A stretch of DNA of 63,524 nucleotides, the filler included, from Craspedostauros australis (Eukaryota): assembly GCA_030167865.1 (NCBI GenBank). It is 19 parts of 19 records of this genome, joined end to end, with 100 filler letters (N's around TTAATTAATTAA, not from the genome) between each part and the next. Parts side by side here need not be neighbours in the genome. Positions count along the whole stretch, not along the records: positions 45,619 to 51,835 come from JALAGF010000686.1; positions 51,936 to 53,646 come from JALAGF010000688.1; positions 53,747 to 56,518 come from JALAGF010000689.1; positions 56,619 to 57,720 come from JALAGF010000690.1; positions 57,821 to 59,206 come from JALAGF010000692.1; positions 59,307 to 60,610 come from JALAGF010000693.1; positions 60,711 to 61,911 come from JALAGF010000694.1; 12 more parts are not named here. One strand, written 5' to 3'. Below, one piece after another: positions 49,240 to 61,327 of the stretch. Positions within the stretch are counted from its first letter, which is position 1, and each line of letters begins with the position of its first letter. Both the position numbers and the translations under genes were made by a program. The notes beneath the pieces were generated by a model, which searched no databases, was not told the DNA's origin, and was given only the letters and a program-made list of their open reading frames with translations.

Positions 49240-51807
49240 TTACTTGCAGCTGGCTGGGCAATAGCTGCCGAAGGCAATCTCGAACTTGGCACCGAGAGGC
49301 GTGCAGGTGGAAGACGATGTTCCGCCGTATTGGCATTTGTTGCATTTCATGCTATCCGTGACGGGAGTATCGTTGCACGCGAAGGAGAAGAGGATGAGGT
49401 TCGCGTTAAAGTTGGAGCTGAAGCCGATGTAATAACAGGAGTTCTGCGGCATGCAAGTGCTATCACCGACAGTTGTGTCCCCCCCGAACTGGTTGAAGCT
49501 CTCGACACCGTCGTTGAAGTAAGAGTTGATTTTCGTGCACGATCTGTCGTTGACACAGGACCCGGCTCCCACAATAGTGTTGGACACACGCTTGTTCTTG
49601 TCACCGCCGGTGTCCTGGGTGGGTGTTAGGTTCGCATAACCTTCTGGTCCTGCACCCATGGCAGCGCAGGCTCGATCTGCGGCGCATGATCCTGCACCAA
49701 TAATGGCGTAGCCGTCCGACTGCTGCGCGAAGGAGTGGCATGCCTGGTTTCCAGTGCATGATCCTGGCCCAATGATGGAGGCCTTGTCACTTCCAGAGTT
49801 GAAGTTGAAGTAGGAGCATGCGTCAGTACCGGAAGAAGTGCCAGAGAGGCAGGATCCCTGGAAGATCATGGACTGAGTCTCGATGCTTTTGCAGGCCTTG
49901 TCCCCAATGCAACTGTTGGATGCGATAGACGCGATGCCGGTCCAGGAGCAGGCCTCGGTTCCGACGCAGCATGTGCGTCCTGCCATACCACACCAATCAA
50001 TAGCCTCAGGAGCGGTTCCAGTGAACATCTCACCAGTGGCGGCGGCGTTTTCGCTGAAGATCCTGAGGACCCCGGCGTTTTCGCTGATGGTATTGAAGAG
50101 AGCAACGCCGTCAGCAATGGTTGCCTGGTTTTCAAAGATCCCAAGAAGATCTACTTCGTTTTGGATAGTGGAGAGAAGGGACATTCCCGCGGATGTGCCT
50201 GGTGTTCCGAGGGCAGACAGGAATGTCAGGGGAGTTGGAGCCGATGTCGGTGCTGAAGTCGGAGCTGTGGGGGCCGATGAAGCAGTGGGGGGAGAGGTCG
50301 GTGCCGAAGTCGGTGCCGAAGTCGGCGAAGCAGTTGGAGCAGTGGGGGCTGATGTGGGAGGTGACGTGAGAGGCGTGGGGAAAGGAGTGGGGGAAAAGGT
50401 CGGAGAGTCTGTGGGCAAGGTGTCCTTGCCAATGCAATACTCATCCACTTTGTCACCAGTGGGATTATTGTTGGTGTCGCTGCCTCCCTTTGGACAGGCC
50501 CCATCAACATCGCTGATGATGTAGACTTCGTCGGAGTCGCACTCCGTCTTCGTCATGCATCCCCTGCAGCCTTTGACACTGCCGCATCCACCAGGAGGGA
50601 CGACGAGGTCGGTTGTCATCTTGTCATTGAAGCCCATCTTCTCGCATGACCCATTGGCGGCGCAGCCACCAGAACCAATGGTCAGGCTGCCTACACGCTT
50701 GCCACCAGTACCATAGTTGACAGTGGAATGGGCATCCTTGCAGGCATTGCTGCCGACGCACGCATTCTCACCGATGTCGATGTGGCTGCGGTTGTTGGAG
50801 AGGGCCTTCTGTACAACACGGCGTCCAGCTGCCTTGCATGCGTCTGGTCCAACGCATGCACCAGTCTGGATGGTGACATCACCATGAGAACGACGTCCCA
50901 CTCCCTCACAAGATTGAGGAGTGGTGCATGCTATCTCACCGACGAAGGTGACTCCTGTGATGGACGGGTTGATTTCATTTTCGTTCACCAACTCGCATGC
51001 ACTCGCGCCAGTGCAGGAGGAATCGAGAATGAGCGGGTTGGGTCCCATATCCTTGCAGGCGCTGTCGCCGGTGCAGGCAGTGATAGCGACGGTCATGAAT
51101 GGAGGAGAGTTGGAGGCGGAACCGGTGACTGAAGTGCATCCCGAGGATCCTTGGCAGCATGGATCTGCGACGGCAGGCGATTGCATCGCAGCGATGTCCG
51201 TGCATGCTGNNNNNNNNNNNNNNNNNNNNNNNNNNNNNNNNNNNNNNNNNNNNNNNNNNNNNNNNNNNNNNNNNNNNNNNNNNNNNNNNNNNNNNNNNNN
51301 NNNNNNNNNNNNNNNNNNNNNNNNNNNNNNNNNNNNNNNNNNNNNNCATCCGAAGAAGTTCTGCAGCTGCTCGGATTCCTTGACGGCGGTGATGGCTTCG
51401 CGGCAGGATGGCTTGGCAGAGTTACAGATGATGGTCTTGGCACTAATCTCTTCTGTTGTGAGGGCGGTATTGCCATCCGGCTTGCAAGCGACTTCGATGG
51501 TGGAATCGAAGATGGCTGGGGCAGCTGATGGTTTGGCAGTTGGTAGGAGAGTGGGCTGGGAGGTCGGCGACGCGGTTGGCGGGGTCGTTTCTGGATCAGT
51601 TGGGTTTTCAGTGGGTGGCACTTGGTTGTTCTTGTTGCTCTTGTTCGTGTCACCGCCGGCGCCCTTGAGGATGCGGGTCTTCATCATCATCATGTGAAGT
51701 TCCTCGGTTGGATCCACGGGAATCCTGTTGCCGCGGAGCACGGCGTCGACTGTTGCCGTGTCGGCGAGAGCGAGAAAGGTCGCGAAGGCTGTCTTGGTGT
51801 AGATCAT
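49240..51807 (-). CDS. Secreted Cys-rich repeat protein with Pro/Thr/Ser linkers (cell-surface or extracellular candidate)
   Basis: Signal-like N-terminus MIYTKTAFATFLALA, RIL (RXL) site, PTxxPT linkers, two blocks of (I/V)GxxxCxGxxAC repeats; internal N gap. Confidence 0.85.
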   Translation of the reverse strand: MIYTKTAFATFLALADTATVDAVLRGNRIPVDPTEELHMMMMKTRILKGAGGDTNKSNKNNQVPPTENPTDPETTPPTASPTSQPTLLPTAKPSAAPAIFDSTIEVACKPDGNTALTTEEISAKTIICNSAKPSCREAITAVKESEQLQNFFGXXXXXXXXXXXXXXXXXXXXXXXXXXXXXXXXXXXXXXXXXXXXXXXACTDIAAMQSPAVADPCCQGSSGCTSVTGSASNSPPFMTVAITACTGDSACKDMGPNPLILDSSCTGASACELVNENEINPSITGVTFVGEIACTTPQSCEGVGRRSHGDVTIQTGACVGPDACKAAGRRVVQKALSNNRSHIDIGENACVGSNACKDAHSTVNYGTGGKRVGSLTIGSGGCAANGSCEKMGFNDKMTTDLVVPPGGCGSVKGCRGCMTKTECDSDEVYIISDVDGACPKGGSDTNNNPTGDKVDEYCIGKDTLPTDSPTFSPTPFPTPLTSPPTSAPTAPTASPTSAPTSAPTSPPTASSAPTAPTSAPTSAPTPLTFLSALGTPGTSAGMSLLSTIQNEVDLLGIFENQATIADGVALFNTISENAGVLRIFSENAAATGEMFTGTAPEAIDWCGMAGRTCCVGTEACSWTGIASIASNSCIGDKACKSIETQSMIFQGSCLSGTSSGTDACSYFNFNSGSDKASIIGPGSCTGNQACHSFAQQSDGYAIIGAGSCAADRACAAMGAGPEGYANLTPTQDTGGDKNKRVSNTIVGAGSCVNDRSCTKINSYFNDGVESFNQFGGDTTVGDSTCMPQNSCYYIGFSSNFNANLILFSFACNDTPVTDSMKCNKCQYGGTSSSTCTPLGAKFEIAFGSYCPASCK

Positions 51808-51935
51808 GGTTGCTCGGTACTTGGTGGTTGGTGATNNNNNNNNNNNNNNNNNNNNNNNNNNNNNNNNNNNNNNNNNNNNTTAATTAATTAANNNNNNNNN
51901 NNNNNNNNNNNNNNNNNNNNNNNNNNNNNNNNNNN

Positions 51936-53646
51936 TGAGTCTGACGTACCTGTTGCCCGTTCGCACGGAATCGTCGTTTTGGTGCGCCAGGAAGCGCGGT
52001 GATGTTGCCTTGGAGGGACGACGCGTTGACCAGCACCATGGTGGTACCCGCGATGTCACCAGCTTTCAGTGCAAGGAAGAGTTGGAACGGGGTCTTGATG
52101 TCCTTGCCACTTTGCACATATTTTTGCAGTACACGTGTGATGTACGCGAAGTGGGTGTCCAGCATGCTCTTACCAGTTTGGGCCTCTGTGTAGATCCACG
52201 CAATGATTTTGGCTGCTTTTCGTGTCACAAGGTTCTTGTTGAGTACCGATGTGATCAGTGGGATGTGCTCGTGACTGGCGAAGCAACACGCATTATCGCT
52301 CTGTAGGATGATCTCAGTCACGGATGGGTGAATGTCTTTGACCTTTTTTTGCACAATGTCAAGTAGCCCACCAACTTGAAGTGTGTCTTGAGTCGGTCTT
52401 CCACCGACCACAATGTCGATGAACCGATAAGTAAAAATGTCGTTGCGACATGTGATGACCATCGCCCCAAGCAGTGACATTCCCTTTTTCCCCCAATATT
52501 CTTGTTGGGCTTCGCTTTGGCCTGTCGGTAGAATTTTTTGCTTATGGTCGAGTACCACATAGGCTCTTTCAGGCTTTTCGTTGAGCTGGGATTGATAAAA
52601 GGCAATTTGTCCGAATTGCACTTTGGCACGCACTTTGTGAGCCATGTAGTTCACAATTTCGTTGGCGAATCCCGGGGCCGCCGCAAGCATTGATTGCAAT
52701 TCGTCCTTGTGTTCTGCGAGTTCGTTGTCCTTAAGCATTTCGACAAAAGGGACAAAACGATCGTTCACAAATCGCATTGCTGATCCACAATGGTTGCATA
52801 CTTTACACGCGGTGTTCTTCTTGCTCTTGTGCTTGTTGGTGCGTGGTTTGCGTTGATTGGAGGATGTGGTTGTTGCCTTCTTCTTCTCCTTTTTGGTGGT
52901 GAGAGCGAACGCGGCCGAATGCATGGGGTCGTCGCACTGAAGCTGCATGTGGGAGGCGGTGAATTCCCATTTGAGGAACACAACAAGCAGTTCGAGTGCA
53001 TGCAAGAGGGAATCGGCTTTGCGTACATGATGTGCGATGACGTCATCTGGCTCATCGGTATCGTTGTGGCTCCTGTCATTGGCATCGTTTTTCTCCTCTC
53101 CACCAGCTTCATACTTAGCCTTCAGGAGGTCTACTAGGCGCGAAATTGCCTGTTTGAGTTGCTCCATCGCCATCCAGAAGTAGCTCTCGAAGGAAGAAAG
53201 ACCCGTCTTGATCTTGCTTTTACGTGTGAGCAGGTTAGTCATGGTGGTGAACGTGGGCATTCCAACTGGAGTATTGGTGGTAGGCGCGTACATGTCGAAT
53301 AATTCTTGAATGGTGGTGCTTCCACGATCGAACACCGGGACATTTTCAAATACAACTCCACCATACTGTACCGTGTGACTCAACCCTGCCTTATATGTAG
53401 TAGTTGTCATGAGGAAGGACACCACGCCAGACAGGTTGCAAGCACACACACGGTACTGGAGAACTCGCTGTGGAATGCTGTCGCCATGGCTTAACATGTC
53501 GTAGTAACGACGCAAGGTGTATGTCTGGCTGGGTGTGATGATGTCGCGTTTGGCAAGCATGCGAGCCTTCTGTTCCTCCGACAGTCCATGTGTGTGCCTA
53601 CCCAGAATAGCAGTACACAGTGCAGACGGTGCAGACATGGCCAAAG
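51936..53646 (-). mobile_element. Sola3-like DDE transposase catalytic core, partial at both ends
   Basis: VLDHKQKILP..SEAQQEYWGKKGMS, TQD, IILQSDNACCF, TEAQTGKSMLDTHFA, V.SG.DI match the Sola3 pattern DWAMK..E.Q..FGK.G.S / SDNA.CY / E.Q.GK...D; CxxCxxC upstream; frame open. Confidence 0.75.
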
Positions 53647-53746
53647 NNNNNNNNNNNNNNNNNNNNNNNNNNNNNNNNNNNNNNNNNNNNTTAATTAATT
53701 AANNNNNNNNNNNNNNNNNNNNNNNNNNNNNNNNNNNNNNNNNNNN

Positions 53747-56518
53747 GCGGTCGTTGTGGAGTTGTCTCCGAGCGCATCCGCGGTCTCTGTGGTGCTGGTG
53801 CATCGGTGTTTCGCACCACCCCCACTTGGTACATCGCCTTCATCTACCTTCCCTTGCCACCCACTCCAACACAGTGGAGGGCCTGCTTCATGAAGGGAGC
53901 TTCATTTTTGTGGCCCAGCTTTTCGAGCTTTCTGGCCTTGCCCCGAACCGACTTCATGAACCACGATTGTAACATGAGAGTTGTGAGGTTGTGGTCAAGC
54001 TTGTGCATCCACTCCAAAGTGGTGCTTCCTGCCTGGAAACTGAATGGATGGTCGGGCTCCTGCTCGATCTCCTTCATCGCCAGGGCAACCAATCTCTCCA
54101 CAACCTTCTCTCGTGGCATTTTCGTTGTGTTGGTGTTGGGGAGACGAGCTTTGAGGTCTTTCTTGAGGGAGGCGTCGCTGATGGCCACGAATCGCCGTCG
54201 AACCTTGTCGTCATCGGCGAGGATGGTGCGGAGCATTTTGCATCGTGTGGCTCTGGTTTGCTGGACCTTGCTGCGGTAGAACATAACCATGAGTTTGATG
54301 AAGTCTTTGTCAAGGAAGGCATCCTCTTCAGGAGCATTGTCGCAGAGAGAAGAGAGAAGTGCAATTTCAACATGACAGGAATTGAAGGTGGGAGATGTGA
54401 GTTTGGAGTATAAATCAAGTGCGCGCAATCTTGCCTTTTCTGCTTGCAATGCTTGGAGGTACTTCGCCTTCCGACCAAGCACGTCATATCCCAAGTAGCG
54501 GCCAATGCACTCCCATGCAGNNNNNNNNNNNNNNNNNNNNNNNNNNNNNNNNNNNNNNNNNNNNNNNNNNNNNNNNNNNNNNNNNNNNNNNNNNNNNNNN
54601 NNNNNNNNNNNNNNNAAGCGGCGGTGGACGAACCACAGATGGTCACCCTGGCCACAGGTGAGTCCATCCACAGGCAGATCCCACACCATGTCTGCCCAAC
54701 GCTGTTTCACATTCTTGGATGCCGCAGCCCCAACACCAGTTGTGCCAAGGGGAGTTTGGGATATGGCAGCTCTGACTGCTGAGGATCGTGTTGGATTGAC
54801 AGTGCACGTTTGGAAGAAATGTGGGTAGTGTGGAGATCTTGGATTGCTCCCATACTTGTCCTCCACCATGTCTTGGTACTTTTGTTGGTCGCTGGCATTG
54901 GTGAGGGTGAGGTCCCACTCGAAGCCACTCGATCTTGTGGAGAGTGCAAGTACAGTTTGTTCGTTGAGACGGTATCCATAGCATGTCAATTGACGTTTGC
55001 CAATGCTGTTGGTGACAGTGCTATGCACCATCCTTGGCCCCTTCCTCCCAATATTCATCTGGAGTGCACCCTTGCCAATGGATGGGCCGAAGGTGAATGG
55101 TAGATATCCAGCTCGCATGTATGTACCCTCCAGATTGGCACCCCTAGTAGTGAGGAAGACGGTAGTGCTGTAGCAGTTGTATCCTCGATCTGTCATGAGG
55201 GTTAGATTTCGAAAAGAACCATCTGGCTCTTTTAGTTGGGTGAACAACCGATAGGTGTCGTCATCCAACCCATCTCGGCAAGCGGCCAACCCCACAACAA
55301 GTCCAGAAGCAGACTGGACAAGAGTGTTCAGAGTTAATCTGAAGGAATGTAGAAGACGGAAACGAGACGGAGGCCTGGGGTGAGGAATTGAAATATGAAA
55401 TGGAGATGCCACCCCTCTGCAACAAAACACACAATGCTGTTTGTCACTTACCCATTACAATTTGCATGAGTATGTCTCATGCCAAGCAGATAGCTGCTCT
55501 CTGCACGGCTGCTGCAATAGACCTTGTCATCATCCAATGTGACGATCCGATTCGGGCAACAATGACGAAGACAAAGAATCTCAAGTGTCATGTTGAAAGC
55601 CCTTTCCAATTCGGTCCAAACAAAGTGATGGCCAGTCCGAGAGGCAGGGTTTCCATTGCGTCGAATACGATCCCAAAGATTAATGTAGTGCTGTCTGGTG
55701 GGAAAGCTGGGAAGCGTGGCAGCATTTCCGCCATTGTAGAGCCAACGAATGGTGCAGCCTTCCACCATCTGTGATGTGATGGCATAGAGGAACTCCATGT
55801 ACTCAGGATATGAGAAACCCAGCCCGCTTGGGCCAAATGCACGGATGAAAATGGGAGATGTGGGACCCAGCACATCGTGGACCAAGTCATGGGGTGTTGG
55901 CATGTATGGTGGAGACCCAGGAGGACTCTTGGGGAAGCGTTGCAAGACAGCTGTTCGCAGTGAACAAATCTCTTCCTTTGCATGGAGGAGAGCGAGCTTG
56001 TGCGTTTCTCCAACAGTCACTGTCGTTGTATGGTCGTAGGCCGAGAGCACCTTCCACTCCACAGAGATCTCCCTACTCCCCTTCTTGGGAGGGAGGACGA
56101 TGCGATGGCTGTAGCCAGGAAGCGAGCACGGTTAGACTCCAAAATCGCCAACAGGATCTGGAGGCACCACTGTAGGCACTGCACCTTCATCATCACTGTT
56201 GACACAGATGCCATCTCCTTCTTCTTCATGGGTGCGCTTGCCTGCATCACCCGTTCCATCATCCAAAACATGTCCAAAGGGATGAAGCTGCTGGGATGGA
56301 GAGACATTGCCATGGCCGGTTTTGCAAGTGGAGTGGAAGCTATGGGCAAGTCGTCATTGGCATTGGGAGCATCAGGTGGAAGAGAAGATGCCATGATGAA
56401 GGTGACGTATCGAAGAAGGCAAGCTGGAAGAAGAAGGCAGTATGGGGGATGCTGCGAATGATAAGCAAGGAGGTGCGAGGTTGATGATGGGATGAAATGA
56501 ACCACAGCAGGCAAGGAG
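53747..56518 (-). mobile_element. Second copy of the ATAT piggyBac-like element interior (ends not in scaffold)
   Basis: Colinear with 3121-5883 at high identity; same 113-nt intron (55451-55339); retains LDDDK and TDRGY; shares the TAG at 53844-53846. Confidence 0.85.
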
Positions 56519-56784
56519 NNNNNNNNNNNNNNNNNNNNNNNNNNNNNNNNNNNNNNNNNNNNTTAATTAATTAANNNNNNNNNNNNNNNNNNNNNNNNNN
56601 NNNNNNNNNNNNNNNNNNTTTGCTTTCCCTGTATCTGCTCCACCATCCACGGAGCACAGCACTGCATCGATCGGTCCATACATCCGGAAAATTGACACAT
56701 ACCTCGCGTTCACCTTCGATTGATCCATCCATCCACCCATTCATACAATCCATCCACCCACCCACTCTCATCATCATCGTCGCC

Positions 56785-57720
56785 ATGACACCAACACCAT
56801 ACTCCTGTGAAGATCTCTTCCGTCCTTCCTCCGAAGGCCGATCCTACCATGACGATGTCGCTTGGTTTTACCGAGTCTTCGTCACTGGCATCGCTCCACC
56901 GAAGGAGGTACCACCACTTGAGCGNGTCATCGCTGGTATCAATCACTGCGAAGGCGTGGAAGACGAACGTGGCAGCAACATCCTCGCCTCCCTTCGCATG
57001 ACACCACAGAAGAAGCTCTGGCCAGGATGCTCTGCTCTACCGTCGACCCTTGCAGCCCAACTCTGGCAAGCGGCCGATCAAACAGCATCCATCACATCCG
57101 AATCTTCTTGGTGCTCCGCTCCCAGTGAGTCTGGCAATACGGATGTGCCCATTGTCATCACAGCACCTGTGGCTAGCGCAGATCTCTCCAGACCCAAAGG
57201 TCGAAAGATCGGATCCACCAAGTGGACCGACAAAGAAATCCACCTCTTGCTCGCGACGGTGGGTCGCATCCTCCCTGTGGGACGCGACATGTGGGACGCA
57301 GTCGTTGCAGAGTGTGTTGGGATCGACCCTACGTGGCGACGCAACGCCACAGGGTGCAAGCGCAAGTTCCATCTGCTTGCGCTTCGCACCAAGCCAACCG
57401 GATCATCGCACATCCCTGGTGATGTGCAGTGGGCACAACAGATCCATGAGAATATCCGAACAAAGGAATCGATCGGATTCTCTGGCCTCAATGATGAGGA
57501 GTTTGAGCGCATTGCTGACGAGGTGGACAACACCGTCGCTGCTACCACTGCCACCACCGTCGAAGGCAACACCGCAGCCTCCATCGCGGAGCTTGTCGAG
57601 AAGCAGGCTGGCAAGCTCAGCAGGGCCCGTATCGCGACGGGTCTCTTCTCTGCTGAAGGAACTCCAGTTCGTCCCCTTCCACGCAAGCGCAAGGCCGATA
57701 TGCTGGCATCGACCATGCTC
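56785..57720 (+). CDS. Myb/SANT-like (DUF6818-like) domain protein, 3' partial
   Basis: GRKIGSTKWTDKEIHLLL..V..ILPVG...WD.V...R....CKRKF..L....KPTG...IP..V..A..I pattern. Confidence 0.7.
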
Positions 57721-57820
57721 NNNNNNNNNNNNNNNNNNNNNNNNNNNNNNNNNNNNNNNNNNNNTTAATTAATTAANNNNNNNNNNNNNNNNNNNNNNNN
57801 NNNNNNNNNNNNNNNNNNNN

Positions 57821-59206
57821 GTGCGACTTGGGAGCCAACGTGTGTGCCACGCCGCATGCTGCGCTGCTGAAGCGGTACGTGCCTTTTGGTACACCGTCGA
57901 TGCTGGCAGCTGCGGACTCTTCGTCGCCGGCCATGCCATGCCCTGGTGCGGGATACGCATGCATCCAGTGCGGCGACGGTGAAGACCTCAGTGTTCGCAT
58001 GCTCCTATGCCCTCTGCTCGCTGACACTCTTGTGTCGCCGCAGGCCATCATCCGACAGACCGACAACAGCTTCGACGGATTTGGCATCGAGTCTACGTCT
58101 CGTGACGCTTTCATCGTGTTCCGTTCGCCCCAGCGAGACCTACGCATTCCACTGCTCATTCGCAACGGCCTCTACTTCTTTGGCGGACCATCACCCCGCG
58201 CCATGGCCGCACGAGTCGCATCCAAGGCGCTGGTGACGGAGCTGTGGCATATGCGGCTGGGTCATGTGGGCGTCGGACAACTGCAGAAGCTGGTCAAGTG
58301 CTCCAGCGGCATTCCACCTGATGTCACCAGACACTTGCATCCGCTGCGTCATTGCGATGTGTGCAGTCAGGCTGGCTATCAACACGCCAATCGTGGGCCA
58401 GCTGACGTCGCCACCGCGAATGTTGCTGGCGCACGGTTCCACATCGACTTCGGCTTTATGCGGGCCTCTGACAGTTCCTACGGCCAACAGCGTCGCACCA
58501 AGGACACTCAACGAGTGGTGCGATCAGTCGACGGCTTCTGCGCGTACCTCCTTGTCGTGGACGCGTGGACCTGCTACGTTTGGGTTTTTCCAACCAAGGA
58601 CAAGTCGCCGCCACTCATGGCTGTGCGCCAAGTGCTCACCTCTTTTGGACGCCAACATGGCTACCGAGCTGTGCGTGTGGACTTGGGTGGAGAGCTTGCG
58701 CGGTCCGGACAGTTCAGCACCATGGTACAGGAATGCGGCTACGCCGTCGAACCTACGGGTGCGGACTGTGCCTGGATGAATGGCAAAGTCGAACGCCTGA
58801 ATCGCACGTTTGGCACCATGGTGCGTGCTCTCCTCTACTCGTCCGGCCTGTCGCCCGACTTCTGGTCCAAGGCTCTGACACACGCGGTATATCTGAAGAA
58901 CCGCATGTATCACTCCACCATTGGGAAGACGCCGTATGAGATGCAGCATGGAACTCCGCCTGATCTCGGCCACATCCGGGTTTTTGGTGCCCGCGTCACC
59001 GTCAAGAAGCCAGGGAAACCGGCTGCCAAGCTTGATCGGCACACATACAGCGGCATCTTTGTGGGCCACACTGCGACACCAACTCTGCACGAGTACTACG
59101 ACTTGACTACGGGAAGGTTCAAGCGCGCTGGCAACATCGTCTTCGACGAAGCCCATTTTGCTTCCAGCACGCGCCCACCCGGGCCTCAGCTTCTCTACGA
59201 TTTGGG
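57821..59206 (+). mobile_element. Ty1/Copia pol fragment: protease, GAG-pre-integrase and rve integrase
   Basis: DLGANVC protease motif, LWHMRLGH..CDVC, FHIDFGF / RVDLGGE / NGKVER, LGHIRVFG, IVFDEAHF; lineage differs from 10635-11971. Confidence 0.92.
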
Positions 59207-59306
59207 NNNNNNNNNNNNNNNNNNNNNNNNNNNNNNNNNNNNNNNNNNNNTTAATTAATTAANNNNNNNNNNNNNNNNNNNNNNNNNNNNNNNNNNNNNN
59301 NNNNNN

Positions 59307-59613
59307 CCCCAAAACTATGGAGGGCATCATACAGCTGTCACTTCGTCATCCAAGATGATGTGTGCCATCAAGTCATTCCTTCCACCTACTTGCCACATTG
59401 TCTCCATATACCCTAAACATAGCCACCCGTGACAAGCATGCCACATTATATCGCCATGCAATGCACATTGTCAGTCCACAGTTGAAAACCAATATGTTTG
59501 GCAATGAAGGTCGATCCGGAGGTGGCTGCTGTGCTGGATCATATCTCTTGCTCGCAACCATGTCAGTTCTCCTCATGCAGCACACCCCAGAACCTGATGT
59601 ATTGAGGACACCC
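59307..59613. repeat. 307-bp segment that is the reverse complement of 60711-61017
   Basis: Identical ORF translations on opposite strands; both copies sit at contig edges. Confidence 0.9.
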
Positions 59614-60021
59614 NNNNNNNNNNNNNNNNNNNNNNNNNNNNNNNNNNNNNNNNNNNNNNNNNNNNNNNNNNNNNNNNNNNNNNNTTGTCTGTCATGTCAA
59701 TAACATGCATTTGCTGCATTTGATCGATTGCAACCTCTTCCATTCAATAAATCTAATCCCCACTTCTCCATCCCATTCGTGGCTTGATGCTTCACATAGC
59801 TTGCATGGGTGGGTTGGCAATGTGGTGGATGTTCATATGCACCACCACACCAGAAAAAGTCATGTGATAGGTGCTTCATCATCCCTCGGAAACCGATTGT
59901 CCTCTGCTTGTTCCTTTCTGTCAATACTTTCCGCGCAGCCTTTCAACCTCAAACTTCGTAGGAACCTCCAACTTTATTCCTTTGATGCGTCCTGCTCATC
60001 CATAGTTGTTGGAATGTCAAT

Positions 60022-60610
60022 GTGGAGGTGGGTTGTCTGGCGGGCGCGGCGAGAGTGTCCTTGCCAGAGGAGCACGTCTACCGGGGCTATATATATGGGG
60101 AGCAAGTGTCATTTCATCGTCAGTCCAAGCTGATGTCGGTACGGTTTGCCAGTGTTTTGGAGCGGCACGCAGCCCAGGAGGCCATTGGGGTCCTGCAGGC
60201 AAGGCGAGTGCTCCATCACGGCGACCAGGTACATTGGGCAGCCGTCGCGGGAGCGTTGCAAGGCCTTGACCACACAAAGAAGATTCTCTCAATCAAGCTC
60301 ATAGCTGGAGAGGCGGCTGCAGGCCAACAAATGAAGCGATGGGGCCTGTGCGACTCTGATAAGTGTCCCAATTGTGGGGAACGGGAGAGCAGTGAGCACT
60401 TTTGGGAATGCAGAGACCGGGCGAGAGTGCAAGTGGCGACCAGGCACGTGGCAAGCATATGCGGCTGGATGCAGAAATATCCCACAAGCCCGGACGTCAT
60501 GCAGGCGATAGTTTCAGCGCTGTGCAGCCAAATCAGCACCATGGTCCTGTTACGTCCGGCGGATATGAGTGCGGGCATGCAGACAGCGTTGGGAAGCCAG
60601 CAGTCCATAG
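60022..60610 (+). mobile_element. Non-LTR retrotransposon ORF2 C-terminal fragment with CCHC zinc knuckle
   Basis: VHW....A, K...G..A.G..MKRW, CPNCGERESSEHFWEC, W.....T.P, QQSI(G). Confidence 0.75.
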
Positions 60611-61327
60611 NNNNNNNNNNNNNNNNNNNNNNNNNNNNNNNNNNNNNNNNNNNNTTAATTAATTAANNNNNNNNNNNNNNNNNNNNNNNNNNNNNNNNNN
60701 NNNNNNNNNNGGGTGTCCTCAATACATCAGGTTCTGGGGTGTGCTGCATGAGGAGAACTGACATGGTTGCGAGCAAGAGATATGATCCAGCACAGCAGCC
60801 ACCTCCGGATCGACCTTCATTGCCAAACATATTGGTTTTCAACTGTGGACTGACAATGTGCATTGCATGGCGATATAATGTGGCATGCTTGTCACGGGTG
60901 GCTATGTTTAGGGTATATGGAGACAATGTGGCAAGTAGGTGGAAGGAATGACTTGATGGCACACATCATCTTGGATGACGAAGTGACAGCTGTATGATGC
61001 CCTCCATAGTTTTGGGGAGCACACCTCATGTTATCATCGGGAATGATGTTACATTTAAAGTCAATTTAAATTTAAATTCAATATTCTTATACATCGCCAG
61101 TGAGGTGTTCGCATGTCACACTTCATGTTCTTTTCGAATGATCCTGCGCTGACACATAGCATGATAAGCGCTTCTTGGGATCTAATGCAATGTTGCTCTG
61201 GACTGAACTGTCCAAGCTAACAAGTCTCACACTGGAGTGCCAAAACGTGACAGCAAGTGCTATTGATTTGACAAAAGTGTGGTGCATCAAAACATGCATG
61301 CGATGAATGGTGGATGCAGATGCAAGA

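Noticed and set aside
59307..61017. 307-bp terminal inverted repeats enclosing the LINE fragment
   Set aside because: The two copies are on different scaffolds separated by a linker; most likely a redundant contig or collapsed repeat.
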